41,634 nucleotides of DNA from Basidiobolus meristosporus CBS 931.73 (lineage: Eukaryota > Fungi > Basidiobolomycota): assembly GCA_002104905.1 (NCBI GenBank), contig MCFE01000732.1:1-41634 (forward strand). Reading direction: 5' to 3'. Under the pieces are notes generated by a model, which was not told where the DNA came from, did no database searches, and saw only the letters and a program-made list of their open reading frames with translations. This document shows, one piece after another, positions 1 to 12,800 of this stretch (positions are counted from its first letter, which is position 1; each line of letters starts with the position of its first letter). The translations under genes and the position numbers were made by a program.

Positions 1-947
1 TTTTCGTGGCTAATACACACACATACTGAGCAACAGTCAATTAGGAAATGGTGGAAAATGCCATCGTCCTCTTATCTGTTATCAACCTTGCGATAAGACT
101 TATCTAAGAGTATCACAAGGTGGATTTCATTGAACATACTGGGTAAATTGCTGAATCCTATGTATCTCTGAGCTCCAGATGAATATGGACCCTGATAGCA
201 ATGCAGCCAAGATGTCTCCTCAGACTGGCACGGAGATGTTGGCTTTGGTGAATTCAAGGTAGCGCGCACCGATTGCTTCAGCAAGGATGTAAGCTTGATG
301 TCCTACAGCAGCATATAGGGTTCTACGCGAACGGGAACCACTGCTCGGCTGCCACTTTTCCACCAAACCAAATATAGGTGCGGCACATCAAATGGCGATT
401 AGGGTTGAGAGCATGCTGATGTTTGATGGCGATGGGGATGGTGATAGATGCGTCCTAATGGATTTGGGGTATGTGGATCCCACCAAAAATCTCCCCAGTG
501 AGCCAATCGGCAGATCTTAATCTTGCACTTTCCCACATTTCTGATAATCAATTGCCCGACCAATGAATCGCGCGGTTTGTACCGAACCTTCGCAGTGGAT
601 TTGATCCTGCATATCCGTGGTGCATCTCATCTCCCATACCATTTGAAGGGTCTTGCTCACACCAACCACATTGTGAATGTGGCAAGTTCCACCAGTGTGT
701 TCGGGGCAACAGCCCCTTCTACCGGTATGGCAGTTTCCTTACCCACTTCGATGAAGACGCCAACAAATTTGGAGCCATGGCACGCGCGATTTGAATGCTA
801 AACCGATTCAGTCAACCAAGGTTTATTCAAAAAAAAAGACTAGTCTATAAGGTACGAGGTGGAGTAAATCAGCTAGTGAATATTCGAAATGCTCATAAGA
901 AATGATCAACGAGTCAAGCCAGTCTGGTGTGGAGGTGTGTACAAAGC

Positions 948-2028
948 TTATTCAGGAACGCTGTGGAAGAGATAGGAAACAGACTCTCCGTTGTGGGTTC
1001 TTCTGATGGCTTCAGCGAGGGTAGGAGACACATCGATGGTTTCGATCTTGGAGCAGAGCTTCTTCTTATCTTCACATGGGATGGTGTTGGTCACGATCAC
1101 CTTCTCGAGAACCGAGTTGCTGATCACTTCGATGGCCTTTCCAGACAATACTCCATGAGTGACGATGGCATAGACTTGGAGAGCACCATTGTCAATCAGT
1201 GTCTTGGCAGCCAGGCCTAGAGTGCCACAGGTATCGGCCATATCATCAACAAGGATACCAATCTTGCCTCGGACGTCACCAACCAGGACCATTCGGGACA
1301 CTTCGTTGGCCTTCTTACGCTCCTTGTGGATGAGGGCGAATTCAAGATCCAAACGGTCAGCAATGGAGGTGGCTCTATGGAGAAAGGTAAGCATTGAGGT
1401 GGTGATGGACGTCGACTGAATTACAGCATGCGTACCTCTTGGCACCACCGGCATCGGGAGAGACGATGACGGCGTTTTTGTAGTCGGGGATTTCGTTTCT
1501 GATGTACTTGAGGACAGATGGTTCGGCGTAGAGATTGTCGACGGGGATATCGAAGAAACCTTGAATCTGGGAAGCATGAAGATCCATGGTGATAACGTGG
1601 TCGGCTCCGGCAACAGTAAGCATGTTGGCCACCAACTTGGCGGAAATTGGAGCACGAGATTTATCCTTTCTGTCTTGACGAGCGTAAGGGAAACAGGGGA
1701 TAACTGCGGTGATTCTGCGAGCAGAGGCGGTTTTGCAGGCGTTGATCATGATCAGCAGCTCCATAAGGTTGTCGTTAATCTCGCCACAGCCAGATTGGAT
1801 AATGAAGACGTCTTCATCACGAACTGATTCACCAACGGTAACTGAAGTCTCTTGATTGGAAAACTTCACAACGACTACATTGGCAAGATCAATACCGAGA
1901 CGCCTAAAAACCAGGTTAATCAAGGGGTTGGGTTAGACGCAACACATAGAGGCCTACTTGGCAACAAGACCAGCCAGCTCGGGGTGAGAGTTGCCAGTCA
2001 AGACTTTGATCGAATTAGTCATAGTCAT
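948..2028 (-). CDS. PRS: Ribose-phosphate pyrophosphokinase (PRPP synthetase); 3 exons, introns 1904-1957 and 1375-1435
   Basis: Spliced translation [30 protein letters not shown]...[25 protein letters not shown]...[12 protein letters not shown]...[18 protein letters not shown]...[13 protein letters not shown]...[11 protein letters not shown] carries the typical PRPS motifs. Both GT-AG introns restore the frame. Confidence 0.97.
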
Positions 2029-3809
2029 TTTGTAGGAAGTGCTGAAAGCCTCAAGAAAAGTCTAGTGAAGTGACATCGACGGTTAGCGAACTGTTCCTGG
2101 TAAATAGAGTGGTGCCTATTCACAAAGAGAAGGGTTAACTAACCTTTTACCGAAAGGTAAATAAAGTGCCGAGCGCGTAACTCGAAAATCCTGGAGTACG
2201 AACCTTTTACTCTTAAATCAAATGCTCTTCAGGGTGTGAAAAAAACAACATGAAAAGAAAAAAAGGCCCGGGGACTGGAAAATTTATTTACCGCAGATCT
2301 AGGGAATTACTCATATTCGCCTCAGGGCGGACAAAAAATATCGGCAATTCCCATCACCTTGTTTGAAACCGGGAACCTTTTGAAGATTGTGATCCACCCT
2401 CGCCGACTGCATGAGCTTCCTGGATATGTATCGCCCAATAGCTCAGGAAAGCGGAGAGATCCAAATATATCCACATGGTTTACCTTCTAATTTGGTTGAT
2501 GCACAGGTGCGAGTGTTGGAGTGTATCTAGACAAACTGCTCGGCACGGCATCAAAATCCATGGTTAAGGGAAGGTTACATCTTCCACAGTCTGATCCAGC
2601 GGGCCGGAAAACGTTGCCGAAAACGCATCGCATGGGCGCCTATCACGCCATTGCAGCCTTGCCTGGTGAAGGACAACCTCCCTCTTACCAAAGGAGAAAC
2701 ACATATGCGCCCTCAGCGAAACAACGCACTGGCACATTTCTGCTTCAACGAATTATCAGAGGCATGCCATTTGCGGATGCGTTGGTTCAAGAGGAAGGAT
2801 ATCGGTGCCTGTAGGACTGCTCCGTTATTCTGTGTAATGAAATGGAATATTCTAGATCCACTAACTGCCTTTAACCTTGAAATCGATTTTCAATCGAATG
2901 ATTTTCTTCCATTGACTCATCGAAACATGTCGATGCCCGCTTTATAGGCCAACAGCCAAGCGTCGAAACAATGCCTATTTGCCTAATCCAGTCAAGGGAT
3001 CCATTCCCTGTTCCCATTCGACGGTGATTTCTGTAAAGAATGTCTATGCAGACAATCCAGGTGCTCTTCTGGAGATTAGATTTGACCGTGTAACCCAAAA
3101 GCCAAGTGCAATATTCAGCTTGATATTGTGAAATTCAGGTGAAGATGATTCGGGCGCGTGTTTCGAGTTCCACAGGAGTGTGCGGTATGCGTCAGCTGCC
3201 TGTTAATACCGCTCCTGGATGTGTTCATGGACTCAGAACGCCTGTGTTGCTAGGGTGTGCCGGACTTTCACGACACATGTCCAGTGTTTCTATTGAGATC
3301 CGTTGGCTACTGATTGATTCCGATGAGCTCCTAAAGATAAATGCCATTTAAGACAATTTGGAATAAGGTTGGCAGCCATCAGGCTCTGTGGCTTTGTAAT
3401 CGTTGTCAATATTAGTCATATAACTAGAGTTGGTTATGTGTGATATCAAATATAAAGAGTGTGTATAGGTTAAGTGCTGGAGTCCATGGTGGAGGTGGTA
3501 CAACAAAATAGTCTATCCTTAATTGTTTTGACCATTCAGTTTGATGCTCTATATTACGGACTTGGTGTGCTACATGGACAAATGCATTCATGTATCGCAC
3601 TTGGAACCCCAACTTTCTACCATACTGATTCTACATACTACATATCGAGAGGTGAGTAGTTTCTATTAGGTGTACAGTTCTCTTGTCATAATCCGGCCTT
3701 GCCTCGGTGCTTCAATACCTTTTCAACACGCTTTCACTCAGAGAACCCACACCCTTTGCGCTTGCCTTGGAACAAGTAACGCCAGTGCTGAGGTCCACTA
3801 TATGCATTT

Positions 3810-6800
3810 ATGTTGAAGTCAGATCCCCCTTTGATCTATTTGAATTCTGATGGTTCCCAGGAATTCTCCGATTCCGAGGTGGAGTTTTCCGACTCAGACC
3901 ATAGCTTCGAGGCCAAGCTTCGTGAACCTCAAAGAAAGAAGGAGAACCAGAGCCAGACCCCAACCCATTCTTCCGTCAGACGTCTAAGAAGTTTTTCGGC
4001 CAGTAAACTTGCTTCACCGGTGAGGCTCACAACGGATGCTCGGTTGAGTGAATTAGAGGCAAAGTTAGCAGAGAAAGAAAATGAAGTATTGCTGGCTGCG
4101 GACATAGGCCAGGTCTTGTTGAAGGAAATCGATAGTTTGAAATATAGATTAGCCGCGTACGAACATAGCCGACCTGCTGACGATTTGAGCCAGGAGATTG
4201 AGATTAATAACGCCGAAACCTTGCAGATGCTACGCTCGTTTCGTATTGAGGCCGAGATATACACTTCCTCTTTCAAGGAGAAGTCTTCGAAACTTACGGA
4301 GAGCCCATATTCGCCTGGTCGACGCGGTGAGCAATCAGGTGCACATAGCCCATTCTCACTTGATAGTGAGCTAGATCGAGCAGCCCTTCCTCCACCTGTT
4401 TTACAGTCCAAGCAAAGCACCACAAGCACCCTGTATACTGAAATCAATAAGGCTGTGGAGTCGGGCGAGAATTTGATGAAATTAGCTCGTCAGATTCAGG
4501 CTAAACTACTTGATGCCGAGCGAGAGTCTCTCAACCTCGCCGAAAAATGCTCCGAGCAGGATCGACAGATGGTTGCTTTGAAGATGCATATCACTCGAGG
4601 GGTTGAGAATGAAGGTAAGCGTTGGCCATAACGAAGCCCAATTCTCCAACACTGGTATACTAACAGCGAAACCATACACATATCATGTATGGCTCAGCCA
4701 AGGCACAGGAGAATTCCTGGAATCTCGAACTTCAGAACCAAGAGCTGCAAACACAGGTTGCTGCCTTCGAGCAGGTGGTACAGAAGCTGACCAATGACCA
4801 GGGAAGACTACAAGAGGCGCTCTTAGATGCCCGAGATGCCATTGAACAACTAAACATCAAAGATGAGAGGTCCAGCCAAATGATCAAGCGTCTCAAGAAT
4901 AGGAATGAGCTAGAAGTCATTGGATTACGCCGACAGATAGACGATCTCCAACGAGAGAAAGCCGAGCTTAATAGAAATAACGAGGAGCTCAATAGAAATC
5001 CCTCGATGAAAGGTGAGAAGTCCGAGGTTAGGCTGATGGGCAGTCCCTCTCCTACCTTTCCTATTGGATCCACGTCCTCTGAAATAGATACCGCGACGGA
5101 TTTTTCTGATGTACCTGAATCAACACCACAGTCTCCATTGCCTTCGTCCTTAATAGCTGGGCAGACCCTCCAAGTGGAAACGCTTTCGGGCTCTTTAGGG
5201 CATGCTCATAGAACGATAGCAAACCTCCGATCATTATTACAAAAGGAGAAGAACGAAAAGCTGGAGCTGAAGAAAATCCTGGCCGAGACACAACAGTCGG
5301 TTGAGGATCTGATGAATGAATCGGTATGTGAGAATGCAAATGCAGATAAAGAGACGGATCCCTTCACGAAGCCGGACAGAAAGGGAGTAGATCGTAGAAG
5401 CCGGCAGTCAATCATCCGAAGATCGAGCAATCTTCATGATTATCCACCAAGCTCAGTTAATGATATAGAGGAGCGCTTTATAGATAGACTAAACAACGCA
5501 AGCAGATCCAGCATTTTGATAGACACTGAAGGATTGGATTGCGCCCGAACTGATTTGAATTGCATTGAAACGGAGTCTGACCAGTCGATCGATTCCCGTA
5601 GATCATCTTATCAGTGGACGCCTACCAGAAATCCGCTGATAAGGCGCTCCACATTGAACCCTATGCCAATCCGTGATTTACTTAAGGAATTAACTCTGTT
5701 CGACAAATTACCAAAAATGGAGGATTTCCCTATTGCGGAGAAGCGCGATTTGATTGGCGAGGGCTTGAAGAGAAAGGATCAAGGAATCCAAGCTTCATTT
5801 GCGACATCTTCCGACATCTGTAGTGTGTGTGGCTCTTCAGCTGATCCCACAACCCGAGTGGAGCAGAAAACAGAGGCCCGGGGTAATGCTGAAACGCAGA
5901 AGATGGGAGTTCCAGCAGAGATTGAGGCAGGTAGCTCGGCCGAAATAGATGCGATCGATAAAACTGCGCCTGTCTTAGCCTCTGGTCAATTGGGAGAAGG
6001 TATTTCTGCCACGGAAGTCGATCGACCAAGTCCTGAAGATCCATGCGCAGCCAGTAAGGAATTAGGAGCTGTTCTTTCTACCGTCAACAGTAGTATACAC
6101 AACACGGATGGGTTTGCTCCTGGATTGAATGGAGCGGCTTACTCGGGTGATGCAGAGCATGAAACAATCGACATTAATAGTGGCGCAATCAAGCACAAGG
6201 ATGATGCAAGCGCCACCATTGACAAACGCACTAGCATATCGAGGCCCGAAGTAGTGGAGAATAACGGGGCTGATGGATCAGTTCAGCACGCTCGATTCTT
6301 ACCGGTGCAATGGCCGAAATGCGACGCCAGCACACAGACTACAAACACTCTTAGCGGTTCTTCAACACCAACCCGTCCTGCGACACAACCTCCACGAGCA
6401 TTAGTTGCCCTCTCTCTTAGCCCGATCCGGCTTGACAGGTCATTGCTGAAGACCGATGACCGGGATAAGTCTGTTGAAGATGGTGAGCACCATTCTCCTC
6501 CCGTGGGCCATAAAAGACCTCTGATCCCAGCTACTCTGCTCTCCGGAACAGCGTCAGCATCTGAAGTTTACCAAGCGAAAGAGAAGTCCCACACAGACCC
6601 AGAGAACAGTGGCGCCTACCTTCGAGTCGAGACACCAAGCCAAAGGCAAGGCGCGAAAGTCATAGCCATTCATACGTCGACGTCAGGCATTAATACTGCT
6701 CACCAAAGCCCACGAACTGCACCCACCAGTCCAACGAGATCAGATACGCTGACCTCCATCACCACGGATTCGAGTTTTGTTGAAGAAAATTGGCTAAGCC

Positions 6801-7501
6801 GCCGTCGTGTCTTCTCTGCAGATCCTACCATTATTCACGCAATTACCCAAGCCATGATCGGGGATTTCATGTGGAAATACACTCGTCGGGTTCTTGGCAC
6901 GGGGACCAGTGAGAAGAAGCACTTGCGCTATTTCTGGATCCATCCGTATGCAAAAACCATCAATTGGGGTAGAAAGCAACCAGGCCCTGACAGAATCACC
7001 CACACAGTCGGCAAGACGTTCAAATCGGCCTACATCGAGTCAATACGTGTGGTAGAGGATATCCCCTCGTCTGAGGAGGCTCCCGCGGAGTATAGCCTGG
7101 TCATCCAAACCACTACGAGAAAGCTGAAAATCAAAGCGCTAGGAAAAGACAAACACGACTTGTGGTTATTGGCTCTAACTTATTTGACAAGTAGAGACAG
7201 TGCACTCACATCTACACCTCACCAAAGTGGAAGTGCCTCCACGGTAAACGAGGCGTCCCGCGAATCACCAGGGAAATCCCCGAAAGATTCCGCTTCCACG
7301 GTTCAAAGCAGCTTGGCCGCATCTTCCAGAAGCATCTCGAAGAAGCACAGCCTGGCCAGACTGTTTAAAAAGCCCAGCAAATCAAGCCTCTCCTCGGTGG
7401 TCAACCTTGAGAAGGGTGATGACAACGTAGAGGACGTCCGGAAATGCTGCAACGGAAGACATGATGTTGCGAAATTGGAGAAAAACGACCCCTTCAGTTA
7501 G
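3810..7501 (+). CDS. NUM1: Num1/ApsA/Mcp5-like cortical dynein anchor (N-terminal coiled coil, C-terminal PH domain), about 1200 aa; intron 4615-4697
   Basis: ORFs 3810-4631 and 4685-7501 are joined in frame by a GTAAGC...CAG intron. The N-terminus has coiled-coil heptads (LAADIGQVLL). The C-terminus has the Mcp5-type PH block IIHAITQAMIGDFMWKYTRR...RYFWIHPYAKTINW...DLWLLALTYL and the terminal EDVRKCCNGRHDVAKL motif. Confidence 0.85.
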
Positions 7502-7777
7502 GTGGAGTTGGTGCATCACACGGTGTCTACTTCTGCCACACTGATCTCGAGAGTTGGTCTCTTGTCATTTGCGACAGAAGCAAGAGATCGGGTGGTGGAC
7601 CTATAATCATATTTGTTCCCGAGAATACAGTGGCTGTTGTATCATAACATATGAAGTTCTTGGTAATTTACTTGTCACTCTCAACGTATATATTCATCAT
7701 GACTACATCTGTATCAATATCTAAAATAAACTACAACATAATGATGCGTCACGACCATGGTGCAGCGCAGGGTTCGT

Positions 7778-9478
7778 TCAGGAAGTTCCGGTAGCATCAT
7801 ATCGCTTTCGCTTGGCAGCTACATAGGGAAAGTCAGTAGTGGCACACAGGGACGTGATGTGAAAAACCTAGCGTACGATCTCTTAGCACTGTATAAGCCT
7901 CGGATATCTTCTGGAATTTCTGCTGGTGCATGACCTTCTCCTTGGGGTCGGAGAAGCGATCTGGGTCTGATGGAACGTTTATCAGCAAACAAAAGCGGTG
8001 TCGAGCTGGTACACGCTACTTACGATTTTTCATGGCGAGCATACGGAACGCCGACTGTATGTCTTCCTTCGACGCGTCCGGCTTGACCCCAAGTGTAGCG
8101 TAATACCCGAGCGCATCCGAGCCCTTTCTGGCTCGGCCTTGGCTTTCGTAGGTTTTGCGGTAGGTGCTTTCTTGCTTCTGATGATACTCATTGTATCCGC
8201 GCACCCACTCGTAGTCCCACGAATCCTGCTCCACTTGCTCGTGCTTCTTCTGCTCCCAGCTTCTCCATTCGTGTCGTACCCGGTTGGAGAACAACGGGTA
8301 GTAGAGGGTGGCCATTCCTACAGCTATGGTGGGGGCAACAACCCCGAGCCAGACGAATGACACGAAGGAGTGTTCCTGGAAATAGCCACTGGCCATCAGA
8401 AGAAGGGTGGTGGAGACTGCAGTCACCATGGAGGTTTTCTCGGGAGAGTAGAATAATTGACCCCCAGTGTTGAGCGTCGCTCCGTGGATGAAGGTCCGGA
8501 ACTTGGTGCCCAGATACTCTTTTTTCGCAACAAAGACCGGGAAATAAACTGGCGAGACCTGCAAATCGAGGAGCTCTGTCTCTAGGTGCAACAGGCGGAC
8601 ATTGTCTGCCCGGTAAGTTTGCATCAAGAATCGCTCCGCTTGTCGTTCCTCTTGCATCTGCACGTATTTGCGGATGGTCTCGACGGCGATGTTGGGCTTG
8701 ATGTTGAATATTTCCACGTGGCTAACCTCCGTCCGGTCTGGTAGAGTCAGGAGAGATGGGTCGAAATCCTGAATATCCTCAATGCCATCCCCATTCCCTC
8801 TGATCGGGTTGATGTAGCCCTTTTTATACTTGTAGGCACCGTAGATCTGCATCTGCGGGTCCGTGCTCATATACTCCCCTTCCAGAGTGAACTGTCGATC
8901 TATCCAACGCCAACGTGTCTCTATAGTGGCTTCGTTACGGTTGGTCGCACGGTTGTATCGAACAACAGTTTGGTTGTACCCCTGAAAACGAACGATGAGT
9001 TTGTCTGTGAGCTGAGACGAACCGAGCCAACGCCAACGAAAACCCGGCGAGCTGAATATACAGTACCACTTGTGCGGAAACGATGTTCGAAACGACCGAG
9101 GTAGATCCAACCCAGAATGGCACGTACCTGGCGTCCATCTTTTCGGGGTCTAGGTGGCGGGCGGAGAACCAACTTTTTCCGTGGTAGCGGGCGTAGGCCT
9201 TTTTTCCGAAACCAAAACCAAGGTCAGTGTGGGTGGTAGGGGAAGGAAAAGACGTGTAGAACGCTTACTTCAAGCGCTTCGTTCTTGGTTCGGGTGAAGG
9301 GAACCGCTTTAAGCTTGGTTCTCTTGGGCCCCTGCTTTGGGTCGGGAAACTTCGTCGCGTACTGACGAAGCAGAAGCCCCCCGAACCGTTCTCGCGGGAT
9401 TTTCATCAGTGGCGATTTGGTCCAACTGGAGAGTACCAAACCACCTATGATGCTCGAGCGGAAATGAACAATTGTCAT
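7778..9478 (-). CDS. Multi-exon membrane protein with a C-terminal J (DnaJ) domain; start codon tentative
   Basis: The J domain [38 protein letters not shown]...FQKISEAYTVLRDPAKRKRYD is rebuilt across the 7967-8023 intron and a second downstream intron, with the HPD motif intact. Two hydrophobic segments precede it. The N-terminus is basic and hydroxylated, resembling a mitochondrial presequence. Confidence 0.8.
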
Positions 9479-9868
9479 GGGTTTCTCTTTCAAGGCTACT
9501 CCTCTCCTACCAGGATGATGATATCCAAACCTGGCCACAACATGAAAATTTATTCCAAGCTTTGATGTCATGAACCCGCATAAACAGGATCCATATTTGG
9601 GAACGTGACGTGACTTCACTATCTGTTGAGGACATCATCCAATCAAGTGAGATATGGGTGAGTGGTTGTAAAGGTCGTTTTGATAAGTGCAACAAGTTGA
9701 AACACAGCACTAGTAACGGGAGGAACCATGTTTGAATGGGATTCTTTTATTGCAAGAGACTTCGATATATACACAATGGACCAAACCAACGCATGGTTGG
9801 GTGACCAACAATGGCTCATGAGCAAGGTTGCTGATTAGCGAATGAAAGCTGCTTCTAACGTACTGGGA

Positions 9869-12800
9869 TTAGTTTCCTGTACCGACAGACTGCACAAAAG
9901 GATGGTTAAGCAGTTCCTCGGCACTGGGACGAAGACTCAAGTCACTAGAAGCCAGAAGTTTAGATTGATTTGGTTGAGAGAGAGTAGAAACTTGATATTG
10001 CTTACATTTCAAACGTTTTCTCCAAGAAATCCTTCGCTTCGTCGGAGATGTACTCCGGTATTTCGGGGGCTATGTTTCTACCAATCTGCGGGAAAAATCA
10101 ATTAACATGCGGCCGAGGTTCAGAACAATAACCATGGTTAGTTGCCTGGAAAATTGCCTGCATTTGTGAGGAGGCAGGAAAGGGATGTTCGCCAGTGAAC
10201 ATTTCCACAACTAGACACCCAAGACTCCTAAGTTGGAGTTAGCACAGTGCGAGGCTTGTAAAAAAATCGGACTCTTACCATATATCGGCTTTCTTTGTGT
10301 AGTGGGTATTTTTAACCACCTCGGGGGACATCCAGAATACGGAACCTGGAAAGCCGAGAATTAATACCCGTTGTTCTTGCAGAGTGTTAAGTGCCAACAA
10401 CATACCTTGCAATGAAGCTCGCGCATTAGTGGGGACCGTAAGCTCAGCTACGAACGAATGTTAGTACAGATTTGGGGCGGGAGAGGGAGAGCGACAAGGG
10501 TTTACTGTTTTCTGCTTTCTTGGAAATGCCAAAGTCGGAAATCTTCACACATCCTTTGTTGTCAACTAGGATATTCCCTCCTTTGATATCTTTGGGGGTG
10601 GATGTTAGGCTTTAATTGACGACCAATGCTCCTAGTGTTTGGGGGAAGTACCTCTGTGGATGATATTTCTATCATGAAGATAAGTCAAGCCCATCAAGAT
10701 CTGTCGTACAAACGATCGCACCAGGGTTTCTTCAAATGCATTTCCGAATTTCTCTAGCAAAGCAGCGACCGAGCCACCAGGCACATACTCCAAGAAGATA
10801 TTCAGATGCTCCTCATCCATCTGCGACCCTAATGATAGCAGTGAGTTGTCGGTACCGCATGATACCCAGACGCTATCCCAGGAACTTACCAAGATATCTT
10901 ACAATATTCGGATGCTTCAATCCCTTCAGAAGAGCAATCTCACGTTGCAAAGCTTCCAACTTATGTGCAATAATGTTAGACCTCCTCCACTCCATGAAGC
11001 CGCAGCACTATACTTTACCATGGCGATTTTTCTTTCCTCGTTGCCACCGTCGTTCTTTGGGAGTTCTACCTGCTTGGCAGCCATCAGCTCTCCGCTAAAT
11101 GGGTTAAGACCGAGATACACATTTCCAAAGGATCCGGTTCCGATCAGCGCACCTCTAATCCATTTCTCTGGGTATCCTAATATAGCCTAGTTCGTGGATG
11201 TTCTCTGGGATATTCGGGAGTCTACATACCTTTTGAGCCGAACGGACTGGCAGCTTTTTCACTAACGGGCGGAACTATGATCTCGGTGAACGGCAACTCA
11301 CTCGCGCCAAGGTCCTTCTTCGTTTCCTTAGGCAGGTCAATCTCCGCAGAGGGCTCCACCAGCAAGCCAGACTGGCGAAGTTTAGCTATGGAATAGCGAA
11401 CCTTGCCATTCTGAACCTCCAGCATGTGACTTTCATGTTCGGGAAAGAACTTCCCTAGATTCATGGAGATCAGCTCTGAGGGAGGTCTTTCGCCGAACAC
11501 CTTCCTCAGCTTCGTGTGGGAATTGCTCTTCGGCGGCTTCTCCCCGAAGAAGTTCTCGAGCTTACGGATCGTGTGCTTCAAGGTTCCTTGTCGCTTAAAA
11601 TCGTCATGTCGTAATGGCTGGTGCTTCTTGCGCAGAATCAACCGCTCTCGCTCGGGTCGATCCGGACTTTTGCAAATGGCTACTAGCTCATCGTCGCTGA
11701 CGATACGCGCTGAAATGGAAATCAGCAACTCCCGCGATAACACCTAAGCACTTGGGTGATAACACTGACCTGCACCGGTGCCCCTAAATACGGTGAATAT
11801 CGTATACTTCTCGGAATCGCCAACAATATTGAATTTGTGCAATATTTTCGCCATAATCCCGGAAGCGTCGGAAACATCTTGCAGACTCACTATACGTGTT
11901 TGGCCATCCTCCCCAAAGACACGAACACAATGCTGAAGTGGTGAAGGGAGGCATTAACGGACAAGCCGAAGCCACTGTTATTCCCATCATACATACCTGT
12001 TTGACTGCATCCACCGACATCACATCTCTGTTGACCATGGCCTAATCAAAATGCACTTCAGTAAGGGGTAGATTTGTCGGATGAGCTGGCGATGGGAATA
12101 CCTTGCTGTTAGATATGTTCTGTGGAGCATTGGTAGAGCTCGTATCGGGCTCCGACACCTTGGTTTCAGTAAACTGAACGACCTTTTGGATGGGCTCGGC
12201 CTTCCTATTTGAAGGTGCCGGTATGGGCTTTCCATTTGTCGCTTTCTCGCCATATAGCATCTCAGGTGCAGTATCGCCTATCAAAATCAATCCGTCTTTG
12301 TTGGTGGGATTGGCGGTGCCTATCTTATCCTGTGGTATAGAGTTAGTTATGTGTGCACTGACTAAATATGAACCACCATTCACCAGCTCTAAATCGGTAG
12401 AATTGCTGGCCCATTGCTTCTTCAGGCCCTTGATGGCGGTCAAGATCCGAACACGCCCGCCCACAGTATTAACCAACAGCTCTTTCAAAGTGTCGTGACT
12501 AAGATCTAACAATGCGTCTCCGTTTATGTCGTTTTCTAAACAAAGGATGTCGAGGGGTTAACCACAACCATATATATATATGCGGGCTTAATGTATTCTC
12601 GGTTCCTGAATGCTACCTGCGAAGATTTGCTTGTACTGGCCGAGGTTGTTGTCATGAAGCCACTCGGCAACTTGGCTTTCAGTCCAGTGAGAAACTCTCT
12701 CACTCATCAAGGGTTGAGAAAAGGAGACCGAAGAGGGGGAGATGCTTACGGGGAAATCAGACGTTTTCAGCAACGCAGGTGAAGAAGTGGACTCTTGCAT
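9869..12800 (-). CDS. STE11: Ste11-type MAP kinase kinase kinase (SAM, Ras-association and kinase domains), many introns
   Basis: SAM domain ([18 protein letters not shown]...[16 protein letters not shown]), RA-like region, and the [19 protein letters not shown] motif. Spliced kinase motifs are [39 protein letters not shown] and DIWSLGC. Stop TAA at 9869-9871. The start is tentative. Confidence 0.93.

Noticed and set aside
1-800. Short ORFs, and a minus-strand fragment with faint MFS-like wording (APIFGLVEKW...RSRRTLY)
   Set aside because: Frames are interrupted by stops, no consistent splice model could be built, and no family was recognised.
927-1827. Antisense and alternative-frame ORFs overlapping PRS (and similar ones over NUM1, STE11, the amidase, the MFS and the LINE)
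   Set aside because: These are shadow ORFs of real genes with no independent coding evidence.
2146-2161. TTTACC-GAAA-GGTAAA hairpin (GNRA tetraloop) upstream of PRS
   Set aside because: A single 6-bp AT-rich stem with no other ncRNA or ribozyme core motifs; expected by chance.
2411-2947. Frame open for ~180 codons except for one TAG near 2528
   Set aside because: The translation resembles no known protein, the stop context is not a known readthrough signal, and the only intron that would remove the stop is implausibly short.
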